A stretch of DNA of 62,815 nucleotides, counting the filler. It is 5 parts of 5 records of this genome, joined end to end, with 100 filler letters (N's around TTAATTAATTAA, not from the genome) between each part and the next. Parts side by side here need not be neighbours in the genome. Positions count along the whole stretch, not along the records: positions 1 to 12,826 come from DRR723986_4156; positions 12,927 to 22,825 come from DRR723986_4157; 3 more parts are not named here. One strand, 5' to 3'. Numbering within the stretch: the first letter of the stretch is position 1; each line of letters opens with the position of its first letter. The notes beneath the pieces were generated by a model. It was not told the DNA's origin. It saw nothing but the letters and a program-made list of their open reading frames with translations, and ran no database searches. A program made the translations under genes and the position numbers. Positions 11,726 through 21,605 of the stretch are shown here, piece after piece.

Positions 11726-12169
11726 CTAGCGCCCGTTGCCTTTACCCATGGCTAATTTCAATAGCCCCATATTCTTTTTGTAGAGGTTCATCACCATGCC
11801 ATATTCCATTTGATTATCAGCGACCTTGAGCATTTCTTCCTCAAGCACCACGGTATTGCCGGTGGGTGATTCCTCGCGGTCTTTTGCGTCTTTCATCGCC
11901 ACACCATCCGCAATACCGCCAGTGGGGCCCATATGGCCTGCTTTGTTCACGCGCATCGTTGTTGCAGCGCTGATTTGCATTTTTTTTGCACTAGCAGACG
12001 GAGACAACTTGTCTACAAGGCCAGAAAAGTCCTGCTTATCCAACTCTTGAGATTTATATCCCGGCGTGTCGGCATTCGCGATGTTCTGACTCAGCGCTGA
12101 CTGGTTGGCGTGCAGCCATTGCATACGCTTCTTTAACGCGGCCATTAATGGAATTGACGTTAAGTCCAT
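11726..12169 (-). CDS. flgB: Flagellar basal-body rod protein FlgB
   Basis: SQNIANADTPGY, GNTVVLEEEM; start set at MDLTSI. Confidence 0.95.
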   Translation of the reverse strand: MDLTSIPLMAALKKRMQWLHANQSALSQNIANADTPGYKSQELDKQDFSGLVDKLSPSASAKKMQISAATTMRVNKAGHMGPTGGIADGVAMKDAKDREESPTGNTVVLEEEMLKVADNQMEYGMVMNLYKKNMGLLKLAMGKGNGR

Positions 12170-12203
12170 ATTTCTATCTTTCCTCGGTTTGTTCCGAGTA
12201 TCC

Positions 12204-12257
12204 GGTAACATTTTGTTAAGCCAACTGTGACACACATATGGTTAACAAGTTGCAAAC
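12204..12257. promoter_or_regulatory. Putative CtrA boxes in the divergent flagellar promoter
   Basis: GTAA-CATTTTG-TTAA (12205-12219) and TTAA-CAAGTTG-CAAAC (12242-12257). Confidence 0.55.
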
Positions 12258-12336
12258 AAGTTGGCTGAAATTACGTGAAAATCGGCGCTCGATTGCCGGT
12301 TCATCACCTAAAATAGAGACACGATGAAGTCGCCCT

Positions 12337-12693
12337 ATGAAACAACCCGATGAAAATGATTCACAAATTCAAAAGGCTGTTGCCATTGGCGCTGCTGTGA
12401 AAGACGGCGAATCTGAAGCCACCGCACACCCCCAAATCATTGCCAAAGGCGCAGGCCCGCTCGCAGAAAAAATCCTCGATATTGCTTTTGCTGAAGGTAT
12501 TAGAGTTCGCCAAGACAAAGACTTGACTGAAATTCTTGATGCCTTTGACGTGGAAAGCCCTATTCCGCTAGAGGCGTTGCATGCTGTGTCTGTCATTCTT
12601 GAACGGGTTTATGCCGAAAACAACAAGATGACCCATCGACCTGATGACACAAATTCCCCTTCCCCTACAAGAGAGGACCGGCCTTATGGCTGA
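12337..12693 (+). CDS. EscU/YscU/HrcU-family FlhB C-terminal-like protein
   Basis: KAVAI...PQIIAKGAGPLAEKILDIA...IPLEALHAVSVIL. Confidence 0.85.
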   Translation: MKQPDENDSQIQKAVAIGAAVKDGESEATAHPQIIAKGAGPLAEKILDIAFAEGIRVRQDKDLTEILDAFDVESPIPLEALHAVSVILERVYAENNKMTHRPDDTNSPSPTREDRPYG

Positions 12694-12826
12694 AGATGTT
12701 TTTGGTGCCTTTAGCGCCCTTGTTTTTGTGTTGGGCCTATTGGGGCTGTTGGTATGGGCTATCAAGCGCTTCGGTTTCATGCCGGGGCAACCAAAGTTTG
12801 GCTCGGGTACTAAAGAGTTGGAAATT
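12686..12826 (+). CDS. fliO: Flagellar protein FliO/FliZ-like (3'-truncated at contig end)
   Basis: ALVFVLGLLGLLVWAIKRFG single TM followed by ELEI; flagellar context. Confidence 0.75.
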
Positions 12827-12926
12827 NNNNNNNNNNNNNNNNNNNNNNNNNNNNNNNNNNNNNNNNNNNNTTAATTAATTAANNNNNNNNNNNNNNNNNN
12901 NNNNNNNNNNNNNNNNNNNNNNNNNN
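12827..12926. other. Artificial contig spacer
   Basis: 44 N + TTAATTAATTAA (stops in six frames) + 44 N. Confidence 0.99.
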
Positions 12927-12927
12927 C

Positions 12928-13248
12928 TTTGCCTTTGGCTGGACGCCCTGCATCGGTCCACAGCTGGGCGCGATTCTTTCACTTGCTGCAACCGAGGTTT
13001 CGGTCGCACGTGGGACATTGCTGTTGGGGGTTTATGCCGCCGGTCTGGGCATCCCATTCCTGCTTGCCGCGATGTTCCTGAGCCGGTCAATGCGGATTAT
13101 GAACAAGCTCAAGCGTCACATGGGGTTGATCGAAAAATGTATGGGCGCGTTGCTCTTGCTTGTTGGTCTCATGTTGGTCACTGGCCTGTTCTCAAGCGTG
13201 TCGTTTTGGTTGCTTGAAACCTTTCCCTCGTTGGCGACACTTGGCTGA
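12928..13248 (+). CDS. ccdA: Cytochrome c biogenesis protein CcdA (5'-truncated)
   Basis: Frame from 12928 reads FAFGWTPCIGPQLGAIL...YAAGLGIPFL. Confidence 0.92.
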   Translation, partial: FAFGWTPCIGPQLGAILSLAATEVSVARGTLLLGVYAAGLGIPFLLAAMFLSRSMRIMNKLKRHMGLIEKCMGALLLLVGLMLVTGLFSSVSFWLLETFPSLATLG

Positions 13249-13302
13249 CTTTTTCTTGCCTGAATAAACCTTTATGATCCCCTTCAAAGCAAGAGGGGTG
13301 TC

Positions 13303-14553
13303 ATGGCGTCCGAGCAGCAACAGGCAAGTCAGGTGAAACGTCGCCGGGTTTTTTACATTCCTGGCTATGATCCGATTCATCCGCGTCGCTATCGCGAACT
13401 CTACCGAAAAGAAGGGGCCGCACAGGCTGAGACTTCTGGCTATGATATCAACCTCACTCCTAAAACGACCAAAGGCCCTTATGGCTGGCATGTGAGTGCT
13501 ACGCAGGAAGGTTCGCAAGTCGAGGCCGATGTCGAAGTTCTCGTATGGTCTGATATCGTTCGTGACAGCATGTCCTCCACCATCCCGGCCACCTATATTC
13601 AGCTGGTACAAACGGCGTGGACCTATATCGGATCAGGGGCTTTGTGGCGTTTGATGAAGTTGCGCAAAGGCCCGGTGATTGCCGCTTTGTATCCGGTTGG
13701 GATGTTGCTGTTGCAATTGATTTTGGCGCTGGTTGTTGTTTTTGGGATCTATAGCACAGTTTTCGCGGCGGCTCCTTGGGTTTCCATGGTTCCGAACCTG
13801 CTAGTACAATTCATCGCAATGTGCGCTGGTCTCGCTACTGGTGTTTTCGTGTTGCGATGGTTTCGCGCCAGAGATGGCAAGTTTTTCGCTTATTACCTCA
13901 TGCACGATTATGCGTATTCCGCACAATCTAAAGGCGCGAACCCACCAGAACTGGAGGCCCGGATCGCTGAGTTCACAGATCTGATTGCTGAGGCACTGGC
14001 TCAAGACGTTGATGAGGTGCTGGTTGTTGGGCACAGCTCGGGGGCTCATGTGGGTGTGAGTGTGCTGGCGGATCTGATCCGGGCCGGGCGTGTGCCACCA
14101 TCAGGACCGGCGTTGGGGTTTCTGTCGCTGGGGCAGGTTGTTCCAATGGTATCTTTCCTGCCCAAAGCCGAGCGGCTTCGTACTGATCTCAAGTATCTGA
14201 GTGCGCGAACTGAGTTAAACTGGGTGGATGTATCTGCACCGGGTGATGGATGCGCCTTTGCGCTTTGTGACCCGGTCACGGTCAGCGGTGTTGCTCCGGC
14301 TGACAAAAAGTGGCCATTGGTTTTTTCCGCTGCCTTTACCCAAACTTTGTCACCTAAACGCTGGGCAGAGCTGCGGTGGCGGTTCTTTAGGCTCCATTTC
14401 CAATACCTGTGCGCCTTTGACCAGCCCGGCGACTATGATTATTTTCGTATCACAGCCGGCCCGATGACGTTGGCAGAACGATACAAGGACCGTGCACCGT
14501 CAAAATCTCGAATAGATGTCGCAATCTCCAAATATACTTCGGTTGATTCTTGA
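13303..14553 (+). CDS. Membrane-anchored alpha/beta-hydrolase-like protein of unknown function
   Basis: VFYIPGYDP, two central TM helices, VVGHSSG nucleophile elbow, C-terminal RLHFQYL. Confidence 0.7.
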   Translation: MASEQQQASQVKRRRVFYIPGYDPIHPRRYRELYRKEGAAQAETSGYDINLTPKTTKGPYGWHVSATQEGSQVEADVEVLVWSDIVRDSMSSTIPATYIQLVQTAWTYIGSGALWRLMKLRKGPVIAALYPVGMLLLQLILALVVVFGIYSTVFAAAPWVSMVPNLLVQFIAMCAGLATGVFVLRWFRARDGKFFAYYLMHDYAYSAQSKGANPPELEARIAEFTDLIAEALAQDVDEVLVVGHSSGAHVGVSVLADLIRAGRVPPSGPALGFLSLGQVVPMVSFLPKAERLRTDLKYLSARTELNWVDVSAPGDGCAFALCDPVTVSGVAPADKKWPLVFSAAFTQTLSPKRWAELRWRFFRLHFQYLCAFDQPGDYDYFRITAGPMTLAERYKDRAPSKSRIDVAISKYTSVDS

Positions 14554-15902
14554 TGCTCCCTCCCAAACCCCCCGCGCGCCCGGACAAAGTGTCCTTGTTT
14601 CGGTACCTTCGCCTGTTTCGACAGGATTTGTTATCGGCGCAGCCCAAGCGATTGTATCGCGCTTGGATGGCTGAGTTTCGCACGCCGTTTTTTCGCTCTT
14701 TTTTGGTTAACCAGCCGGATCTTGTGGAAACGGTTCTCAAGACGCGTCCTGATGATTTCCCCAAATCGGGCCGGATCAGCGAGGGCCTCAGGCCCTTGTT
14801 GGGAAATTCAGTGTTTTTGACCAACGGTGAGACATGGCAGCGCCAGCGGCGGATTATTGACCCCTCGTTCGAAAGGGGGCGTTTGCGTGATACCTTTCCC
14901 GCAATGTGGGACGCGGCACAAGCTTGTGTGACGCGATTGCAAGGGCAGGTTGGGCAAGAGGTCGAATTTGAAGAGGTGACAAGCCACGCCGCAGCTGACG
15001 TGATTTTTCGTACGCTGTTCTCTATCCCGATTGAGCATGAAATTGCGGGGCAAGTGTTTACGCGATTTCGCGACTATCAGCGTCAGCAACCTTTGTTGAA
15101 CTTGGCGGCCTTCGTTCCTTTGCCCAGTTGGATGCCACGGTTTCATGCCCGTCAAACAAAGCAGGCCGCTAAAGAAATCCGCGGCTTGATTGCGCAACTG
15201 ACATCCACGCGGATGGCTGAAATCGAGGCGGGAACGGCGCCAGATGATCTTGCGACCAAGATCATGACGACAAAAGACCCCCAAACCGGCGAACGGTTTG
15301 ACACCGAAGAAATGATTGATCAGGTTGCGATCTTTTTTCTGGCGGGCCATGAAACCAGTGCGTCGGCTTTGGCGTGGACTTTGTACCTAATGGCTCTTTA
15401 CCCTGGTTGGCAGGACCGACTGGCAGAAGAGGCGACCGCTCTGGACCAAAAAGGGTTTGGCGTGATGTCCAAACTACGCCTCAGTCGTGATGTGTTTCGC
15501 GAGGCGCTACGGCTCTACCCACCAGTTCCAATGATGGTGCGCGAAGCCAGTTGTCCTGAGAAATTTCGGGATCGCGAAGTCCCTAAAGGGGCTCAGATTG
15601 TATTGAGCCCATGGCATTTGCACCGTCAGGAGCGCTTGTGGGACAATCCGGATGGGTTTGATCCCACCCGGTGGCACACTGAAAACGGAAAAACCTGTCA
15701 ACGCACGGCCTATATCCCGTTTTCCACTGGTCCCCGTGTGTGTCCGGGGGCAGGGTTTGCCATGGTCGAAGGGCCACTCATCCTGTCGATGATTTTACGT
15801 CGTTTCCGAATAGAACGTGTGGCAGGCAAAGACCCGGTTCCTGTGGCACATCTGACTGTTCGTGCGGCGGATGGTATCTGGTTGCGTTTGGTTGAGCGCT
15901 AA
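14550..15902 (+). CDS. Cytochrome P450
   Basis: FFLAGHETSA I-helix, EALR (ExxR), PFSTGPRVCPG heme Cys; overlaps the upstream stop. Confidence 0.96.
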   Translation: MMLPPKPPARPDKVSLFRYLRLFRQDLLSAQPKRLYRAWMAEFRTPFFRSFLVNQPDLVETVLKTRPDDFPKSGRISEGLRPLLGNSVFLTNGETWQRQRRIIDPSFERGRLRDTFPAMWDAAQACVTRLQGQVGQEVEFEEVTSHAAADVIFRTLFSIPIEHEIAGQVFTRFRDYQRQQPLLNLAAFVPLPSWMPRFHARQTKQAAKEIRGLIAQLTSTRMAEIEAGTAPDDLATKIMTTKDPQTGERFDTEEMIDQVAIFFLAGHETSASALAWTLYLMALYPGWQDRLAEEATALDQKGFGVMSKLRLSRDVFREALRLYPPVPMMVREASCPEKFRDREVPKGAQIVLSPWHLHRQERLWDNPDGFDPTRWHTENGKTCQRTAYIPFSTGPRVCPGAGFAMVEGPLILSMILRRFRIERVAGKDPVPVAHLTVRAADGIWLRLVER

Positions 15903-15971
15903 CAAACTACCATCTGTCAGAACCTTGCTGTATGCGGGGCGCAAAGCGGAATCAATTCACGGGAATTTATT

Positions 15972-16853
15972 ATGGCGAACGCAGATCAGCGCGAACAGAT
16001 GACGAATGGCGCAGGCTTTATTGCAGCTTTAGATCAAAGCGGTGGCTCAACTCCAAAGGCGCTGGCGCTTTATGGTGTAGATGCCTCTGACTATGGGTCA
16101 GAAGAAGAAATGTTCGCCGAAGTGCAGAACATGCGCGCGCGGATCATTCTGGCTGATGATTTCACCAGTGTGAAAGTGATCGCGGCGATTCTGTTTGAGC
16201 GCACTCTGGATGAAAGCATCGAAGGTAAATCAGTCGCTGATTTCCTGTGGTCCGAAAAGAAAGTCGTTCCGTTCCTGAAGATCGACAAAGGTCTGGAAGA
16301 CGAGGCAAACGGCGTTCAGCTGATGAAGCCAATCCCGGGCCTGGCAGATACACTTGCCAAAGCAGCCGGTGTTTTTGGCACCAAAGAGCGTTCCGTTATC
16401 AACGAAGCAAACGCCGAAGGTATTGCTGCGGTTGTTGCACAGCAGTTCGACGTTGCGCGCGAAGTTGTGGCAGCAGGCATGGTTCCAATTGTTGAGCCCG
16501 AGGTGAATATCCACTCGGCAACCAAAGCCGAAGCCGAGGCCATCCTGAAGGCAGAGATCCTGAAAAATCTTGATAGCTTGGACGAAGGCCAGGAAATCAT
16601 GCTGAAACTGACCATCCCGAACGAAGCAAACCTGTATGATGCGCTGGCTGATCATCCTCGCGTGTTGCGTGTTGTGGCTCTGTCGGGTGGGTATTCGACT
16701 GAGCAGGCTTGTGATCTGCTCAGCCAGAATGGCAAAATGATCGCATCTTTCTCACGAGCGCTGACCGAAGGCTTGTCCAAGCAAATGTCTGATGCGGAAT
16801 TTAACACCGCACTGGGTAGTAACATCGACAAAATCTATCAGGCTTCGATCTAA
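15972..16853 (+). CDS. Class I fructose-bisphosphate aldolase
   Basis: GFIAALDQSGGSTPKAL, VPFLKIDKG, PIVEPEV, MLKLTIP, ALSGGY, IASFSRAL. Confidence 0.95.
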   Translation: MANADQREQMTNGAGFIAALDQSGGSTPKALALYGVDASDYGSEEEMFAEVQNMRARIILADDFTSVKVIAAILFERTLDESIEGKSVADFLWSEKKVVPFLKIDKGLEDEANGVQLMKPIPGLADTLAKAAGVFGTKERSVINEANAEGIAAVVAQQFDVAREVVAAGMVPIVEPEVNIHSATKAEAEAILKAEILKNLDSLDEGQEIMLKLTIPNEANLYDALADHPRVLRVVALSGGYSTEQACDLLSQNGKMIASFSRALTEGLSKQMSDAEFNTALGSNIDKIYQASI

Positions 16854-16890
16854 TTGGGCGTTTAACCAATTCGTTACAGACCTAGAGACG

Positions 16891-16924
16891 TGGCCCTGCT
16901 GATTTCAGCAGGGCCATTTTTGTT
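16891..16924 (+). terminator. Intrinsic terminator
   Basis: TGGCCCTGCTG-ATTT-CAGCAGGGCCA followed by TTTTTGTT. Confidence 0.85.
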
Positions 16925-17063
16925 TCAGAGAATGCCGCCTTGAATCTATGTTGCAGGCATAGGAAATCGCACTGTTGAAAGCAAAAGTGGTTGTTGATGG
17001 GTGCGGATGGCAGCTAAGAATTGTCTGAAATGGCAAGCTGCTTTTACTGACAAAGGTTTCACA

Positions 17064-18053
17064 ATGGCCAATACTGCTAAACCGATGGCTCTCACTATGG
17101 GCGACCCTGCGGGTATTGGCCCTGAGATCATCGTTAAGCTCCTGTCGGCTGAACCAGACGCGGGACGAATTGTTGTTTTTGGGTGCCCAAATATTATGCA
17201 GCGTGCTGTTGATGTGGTTGGTGCCAATTTCACCATAAAGCCGTGTGACCGAGTTGAGGACGCGCAATTCGAAAACGGCACGATAGACGTTGTCGTGACC
17301 GCCCGCTTTGACCCCTTGCCACCCTTTGGAAACGTGCGTGCCGATTGCGGGCAAGCTGCCTTTGAGGCCATCAAAACGAGCATAGAATGCGCGCTTGATG
17401 GCAGCGTGTCTGGCATTGTAACCGCGCCCATCCATAAAGAGGCGCTTTCCGCAGCCGGTGTGAAATACCCCGGTCACACAGAGATGTTGGCGGATTTTGG
17501 TGGCGCTGACAAAGTGGCAATGTTGTTGGGGAATGACGTCATCCGCACGGTTTTGGTGACCATTCACTGTTCACTTTTGGATGCGATCAAGGGCGCAGAT
17601 TTTGAGGCCCAGATGGCTGCCATTCGTTTGGCAGACCAAGGTGCACGGGCGCTTGGATATGATAATCCACGTGTCGCAGTCGCGGGGCTAAATCCCCACG
17701 CGGGCGAAGGGGGATTATTTGGTCGCGAGGAAATTGAAATTATTGCACCTGCGATCAAGGCGGCACAGGCCGAAGGGATCAACGCATCTGGCCCGTGGCC
17801 GGGGGATACGGTGTTTATGCAAGCTCGGCAGGGGGATTTTGATATTGTTGTTGCACAATATCACGATCAGGGGCTTATCCCGGTCAAATATATGGGGTTG
17901 GAAAAAGGGGTGAACATCACACTTGGATTGCCCTTTGTGCGAACAAGCCCGGATCACGGCACCGCATTTGATATCGCAGGGCAGGGGATCGCGAGCGAAG
18001 CCAGCCTCGGAACGGCGATGGGCTACGCTTTGCGCCTTGCAGCGTCCAAATAG
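17064..18053 (+). CDS. pdxA: PdxA-family dehydrogenase (4-hydroxythreonine-4-P or threonate-4-P dehydrogenase)
   Basis: TMGDPAGIGPEI, PGHTE, GLNPHAGE, YHDQGLIP, RTSPDHGTAFDIAG. Confidence 0.93.
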   Translation: MANTAKPMALTMGDPAGIGPEIIVKLLSAEPDAGRIVVFGCPNIMQRAVDVVGANFTIKPCDRVEDAQFENGTIDVVVTARFDPLPPFGNVRADCGQAAFEAIKTSIECALDGSVSGIVTAPIHKEALSAAGVKYPGHTEMLADFGGADKVAMLLGNDVIRTVLVTIHCSLLDAIKGADFEAQMAAIRLADQGARALGYDNPRVAVAGLNPHAGEGGLFGREEIEIIAPAIKAAQAEGINASGPWPGDTVFMQARQGDFDIVVAQYHDQGLIPVKYMGLEKGVNITLGLPFVRTSPDHGTAFDIAGQGIASEASLGTAMGYALRLAASK

Positions 18054-18074
18054 CGGTTCAGGATGTGCCCAAGA

Positions 18075-18105
18075 CCAGAAAGCAGATTTTTTTTACTGCT
18101 TCTGG
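18075..18105. terminator. Hairpin between convergent pdxA and ocd
   Basis: CCAGAA-AGCAG...CTGCT-TCTGG inverted repeat. Confidence 0.5.
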
Positions 18106-18138
18106 CCCTAAGTGTGCGACGCCGCGTGGTCTTACGCT

Positions 18139-19212
18139 TTAGTCTTTCTTTGGATTTGCCGAAGATCTCAGGAGCATTCCAAACAGATCACGTGGGTTGT
18201 CTGGATCCGCAAGCAAATCCAATGCATGAAATAGCCCGGTTGTTTCCAGTTGATCGCGAACGTAGCGCAAGGCGCTGAAATCTTCGATCGCGAACCCAAC
18301 ACTGTCAAACAGGGTGATCTGGGCATCCGAGGTTCGACCCGCCACTTGCCCTGAAATGACTTTCCAGAATTCGGTAACTTTGTGATCGTCGGCAAGTTGT
18401 TGAATTTCCCCTTCGATACGAGTCTGAGGGGGGTATTCGACAAAGATATCAGACCGATGCAGGATGGCTTCGGCCAGTTCGGTCTTGCCGGGGCAATCGC
18501 CACCAATGGCATTGATGTGAACCCCACTGCCAACCATGTTGTCACTCAAAATTGTGGCACATTGTTTGTCGGCCGTGCATGTCGTCAGAATATGAGCGCC
18601 TTGAATGGCTTCTTCGGGAGTGGTGCAGCTTACGACTGTTAGCCCCTGACCAGCCAGATTTGCTGCGCATTTGGCCGTTGCGGCAGGGTCTTTGTCGTAG
18701 AGCCGCACGGTTTTCAAACCACAGATGGCCTTCATCGCTAGAGTTTGGAATTCGGATTGAGCACCGTTGCCGATCATTGCCATAGTATCCGACCCTTTTG
18801 GGGCAAGGTGTTTGGCAACAAGGGCCGAGGTCGCGGCGGTGCGCAAAGCTGTCAGCAAGGTCATTTCGCTGAGCAAAACGGGATAGCCGGTCGCGACATC
18901 CGCCAGCAGGCCAAAGGCGGTTACCGTTTGCAGCCCTTCGTTGGTATTCTTGGGGTGTCCGTTGACGTATTTGAACCCATACACCTCACCGTCAGACGTT
19001 GGCATTAGTTCAATGACGCCCTCGGCAGAATGGCTTGCGACGCGCGGTGTCTTGTCGAACAGATCCCAACGCAAAAAATCAGCTTCGATGTAGGCTGCAA
19101 TCCCGGTCAGCATCTGTTCGATCCCGATGCGGTGAACAAGCTGCATCATATGATCGACAGAAACAAACGGAACCAGAGCTTTGTCCGAAGGGGAAAGGGA
19201 TGTGTAGGTCAT
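18139..19212 (-). CDS. ocd: Ornithine cyclodeaminase
   Basis: GVIELMP, FKYVNGHP, LTALRTAATS, GNGAQSEFQ, GGDCPGKTE, FDSVGFAIEDF. Confidence 0.96.
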   Translation of the reverse strand: MTYTSLSPSDKALVPFVSVDHMMQLVHRIGIEQMLTGIAAYIEADFLRWDLFDKTPRVASHSAEGVIELMPTSDGEVYGFKYVNGHPKNTNEGLQTVTAFGLLADVATGYPVLLSEMTLLTALRTAATSALVAKHLAPKGSDTMAMIGNGAQSEFQTLAMKAICGLKTVRLYDKDPAATAKCAANLAGQGLTVVSCTTPEEAIQGAHILTTCTADKQCATILSDNMVGSGVHINAIGGDCPGKTELAEAILHRSDIFVEYPPQTRIEGEIQQLADDHKVTEFWKVISGQVAGRTSDAQITLFDSVGFAIEDFSALRYVRDQLETTGLFHALDLLADPDNPRDLFGMLLRSSANPKKD

Positions 19213-20138
19213 GCTGCAGTCCTTTTGGGGCGGCGAGTGAGGTGGATGCCAGCGATCATGCAGCGGACAGACCCGCCAGCGGTTTCGATCGTTGGGATAT
19301 GTAGCGGAAGCGGCGTTGCAGAGCGTTCAATGATGGCGATCTGATCAGGTCGTAACGCGTCGAGCGCACGCGCTGACATCGCCAAAACACGTTTTGCGCC
19401 CGTCAGCTCAATCGCGTTTCCCGCAAAGCAGGCGATTTGTTCGGCCGACAGGTCGATCACTGTACGATTTGATTCACTGAGACGGTCTAGAACTGTGCGG
19501 CGTCGATCTAAGTCTTTGATCATCTCCAGACAGATCAAAGCATATTCGGTCCCGATGCCCATCAAGACATTGGTGTGATAAACTGCGCGTCCTTGTTGAT
19601 CGGTGGCGTTAAAGCAAAGCGGCTCATAGTTGAAATGGGCGCAAAACCGTTCCAGCAATATTGGATCTGCGCGATTGGATCGCGCCACATAGGCGATACG
19701 CCCAATATGATCCAATACCATTGCACCTGTGCCCTCGAGCGCAAGCCCGTCTTGCTCTAGTCCGCTGTAGTCAACGACGCCGGAAACACGATAGTCCTGC
19801 TTGAGCATGTCGATGACGTCTGTACGTCGTTCGCGCCGACGATTTTCCACATGCATTGGGTAGAGAGCAACATGCCCCCCGGTGTGGGTCGAAAACCAGT
19901 TGTTTGGAAAAACACTGTCTGGCGTGTCCGTTTCGCCAAAATCGTCAAAGACATGCACCTGAACACCCGCCTCTCGTAAGCAAGTGGTGGCTGTGTCAAA
20001 TTCCTTAAGTGCGCGTTGGGAGACATCTGTCGCGGTATCGGATGTTTGAAATGCGTTGTCGAACCGTGTTTCAGGGTTGGATTGAAACCTGTGAGGCCGG
20101 ATCATGACGACAGCTGCAGGGGCTTGAATCGTGGTCAT
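19209..20138 (-). CDS. ctlX: Amidinotransferase-family citrulline utilization hydrolase (CtlX-like)
   Basis: VMIRP, PDSVFPNNWFSTH, LEGTGAMVLD, YHTNV, IETAGGSVRCM. Confidence 0.88.
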   Translation of the reverse strand: MTTIQAPAAVVMIRPHRFQSNPETRFDNAFQTSDTATDVSQRALKEFDTATTCLREAGVQVHVFDDFGETDTPDSVFPNNWFSTHTGGHVALYPMHVENRRRERRTDVIDMLKQDYRVSGVVDYSGLEQDGLALEGTGAMVLDHIGRIAYVARSNRADPILLERFCAHFNYEPLCFNATDQQGRAVYHTNVLMGIGTEYALICLEMIKDLDRRRTVLDRLSESNRTVIDLSAEQIACFAGNAIELTGAKRVLAMSARALDALRPDQIAIIERSATPLPLHIPTIETAGGSVRCMIAGIHLTRRPKRTAA

Positions 20139-21064
20139 AGAAAGCTCCGCGTGGGGCGGTCAAAGACACGACGCCCGAGCGCTGAGGCGGCAAGATCCAC
20201 CATCAATTGAGCCGTCCGGCCGCGCTCATCTAAAAAGGGGTTAAGCTCAACCAAATCCAAAGATGTCATCAACCCGCTGTCACAGATCAGTTCCATGACC
20301 AGATGCCCTTCGCGCATCGTCGCGCCACCGGGAACTGTTGTTCCAACAGCCGGTGCGATTGAAGGGTCTAGGAAATCAACATCCAATGATACATGAAGCA
20401 GGCCATTTTGTTCGGCGACCTGTTCGAGAAAATCAGTAAGGGGTTTGGAAATCCCTGTTTCATCAATTTGGCGCATGTCATGAAACCGGATCTCGGTCTG
20501 TTGCAAGGCCTCTCGTTCTGCATGATCGACTGATCGTAAGCCGAGGATGCAAATATTCTTTTGTGGGATCGGTGATGTGACAGCCGGAAACCCGGTAAAA
20601 CCGTCGCGTCCTGTAACATAGCCCAAAGGCGTTCCATGTAAATTTCCGGAGTCCGTCGTGTGTGGGGTATGAAAGTCGCTGTGCGCGTCTAACCAAAGGA
20701 CAAATTGTGGCCGGTTCTGTTTAGCTGCATAGTTTGCAACACCTGCCACACTGCCCAGGGCAAGCGCGTGGTCGCCACCCAAAAAGATTGGCAACCCATG
20801 GTCCATCGATTCTTCGGCAACACGAATGAGCCGATGTGTCCACCCAATGGTCTCGTTCAGCTGATTCAGATGCGTACTTTCTGATTCAGGTTGATGGCTT
20901 GCGGGTGTCAAATTTCCCAGATCTTTGACCGTATGGCCCAAGTCGTGCAAAGCCTCGCCCAGACCTGCCGTGCGATAGGAATCGGGGCCCATGAGACAGC
21001 CCGCTCTGCGCTTGCCGCTGTCGACGGGTGCGCCGATTATGATACAATGTTTCGAAGTCATCAT
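20135..21064 (-). CDS. rocF: Arginase
   Basis: GGDHA, WLDAHSD, SGNLHG, SLDVDFLDP, VELNP. Confidence 0.95.
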   Translation of the reverse strand: MMTSKHCIIIGAPVDSGKRRAGCLMGPDSYRTAGLGEALHDLGHTVKDLGNLTPASHQPESESTHLNQLNETIGWTHRLIRVAEESMDHGLPIFLGGDHALALGSVAGVANYAAKQNRPQFVLWLDAHSDFHTPHTTDSGNLHGTPLGYVTGRDGFTGFPAVTSPIPQKNICILGLRSVDHAEREALQQTEIRFHDMRQIDETGISKPLTDFLEQVAEQNGLLHVSLDVDFLDPSIAPAVGTTVPGGATMREGHLVMELICDSGLMTSLDLVELNPFLDERGRTAQLMVDLAASALGRRVFDRPTRSFL

Positions 21065-21157
21065 CCGCCTCAGGAAAACTGTGATGACTTAATAATTGTG
21101 CATTTCGTGTTGCAATCCACTTGGTAAATCGCCCATAATGTATGTCGATTTACCGAA

Positions 21158-21595
21158 TTGGAATATAAATTGGACAAAACGGATGAACGATTGATTGCTG
21201 CATTGCGCCATGATGCGCGGGCGTCGCTTTCGGATCTTGCGTTGCAGCTTAACCTATCACGTACAACCGTACGGGCGCGCATTGAGCGATTGACACAGCG
21301 CGGGGATATCCTTGGGTTTACCGTTGTTCTGAAAGAAGATGTTTTGCACGACCCGGTGCGTGGGTTGATGATGATCGGAATCGAAGGACGCGGAACCGTC
21401 CGTATTACCCGACAGCTTCATGGGTTGAAGGAAGTACGGGCAGTACATTCCACCAATGGACGGTGGGATTTGATTGTTGAGCTGGGTACCGAGACGTTGG
21501 AACAGCTCGATACCGCATTGGCTAAGATTCGGATGTTTGAGGGCGTGCAGTCCAGTGAAACCAGTTTGCTGCTATCCACCAAAAAGTCGACCTAA
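21158..21595 (+). CDS. Lrp/AsnC transcriptional regulator, divergent from the arginine catabolic operon
   Basis: LDKTDERLIAALRHDARASLSDLA HTH; TNGRWDL. Confidence 0.93.
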   Translation: MEYKLDKTDERLIAALRHDARASLSDLALQLNLSRTTVRARIERLTQRGDILGFTVVLKEDVLHDPVRGLMMIGIEGRGTVRITRQLHGLKEVRAVHSTNGRWDLIVELGTETLEQLDTALAKIRMFEGVQSSETSLLLSTKKST

Positions 21596-21605
21596 ACAGG
21601 CCGGT

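Noticed and set aside
12871-12882. TTAATTAATTAA repeated four times in the window as a biological repeat or CtrA site
   Set aside because: Always centred in 88 N; it is a six-frame-stop linker added during concatenation
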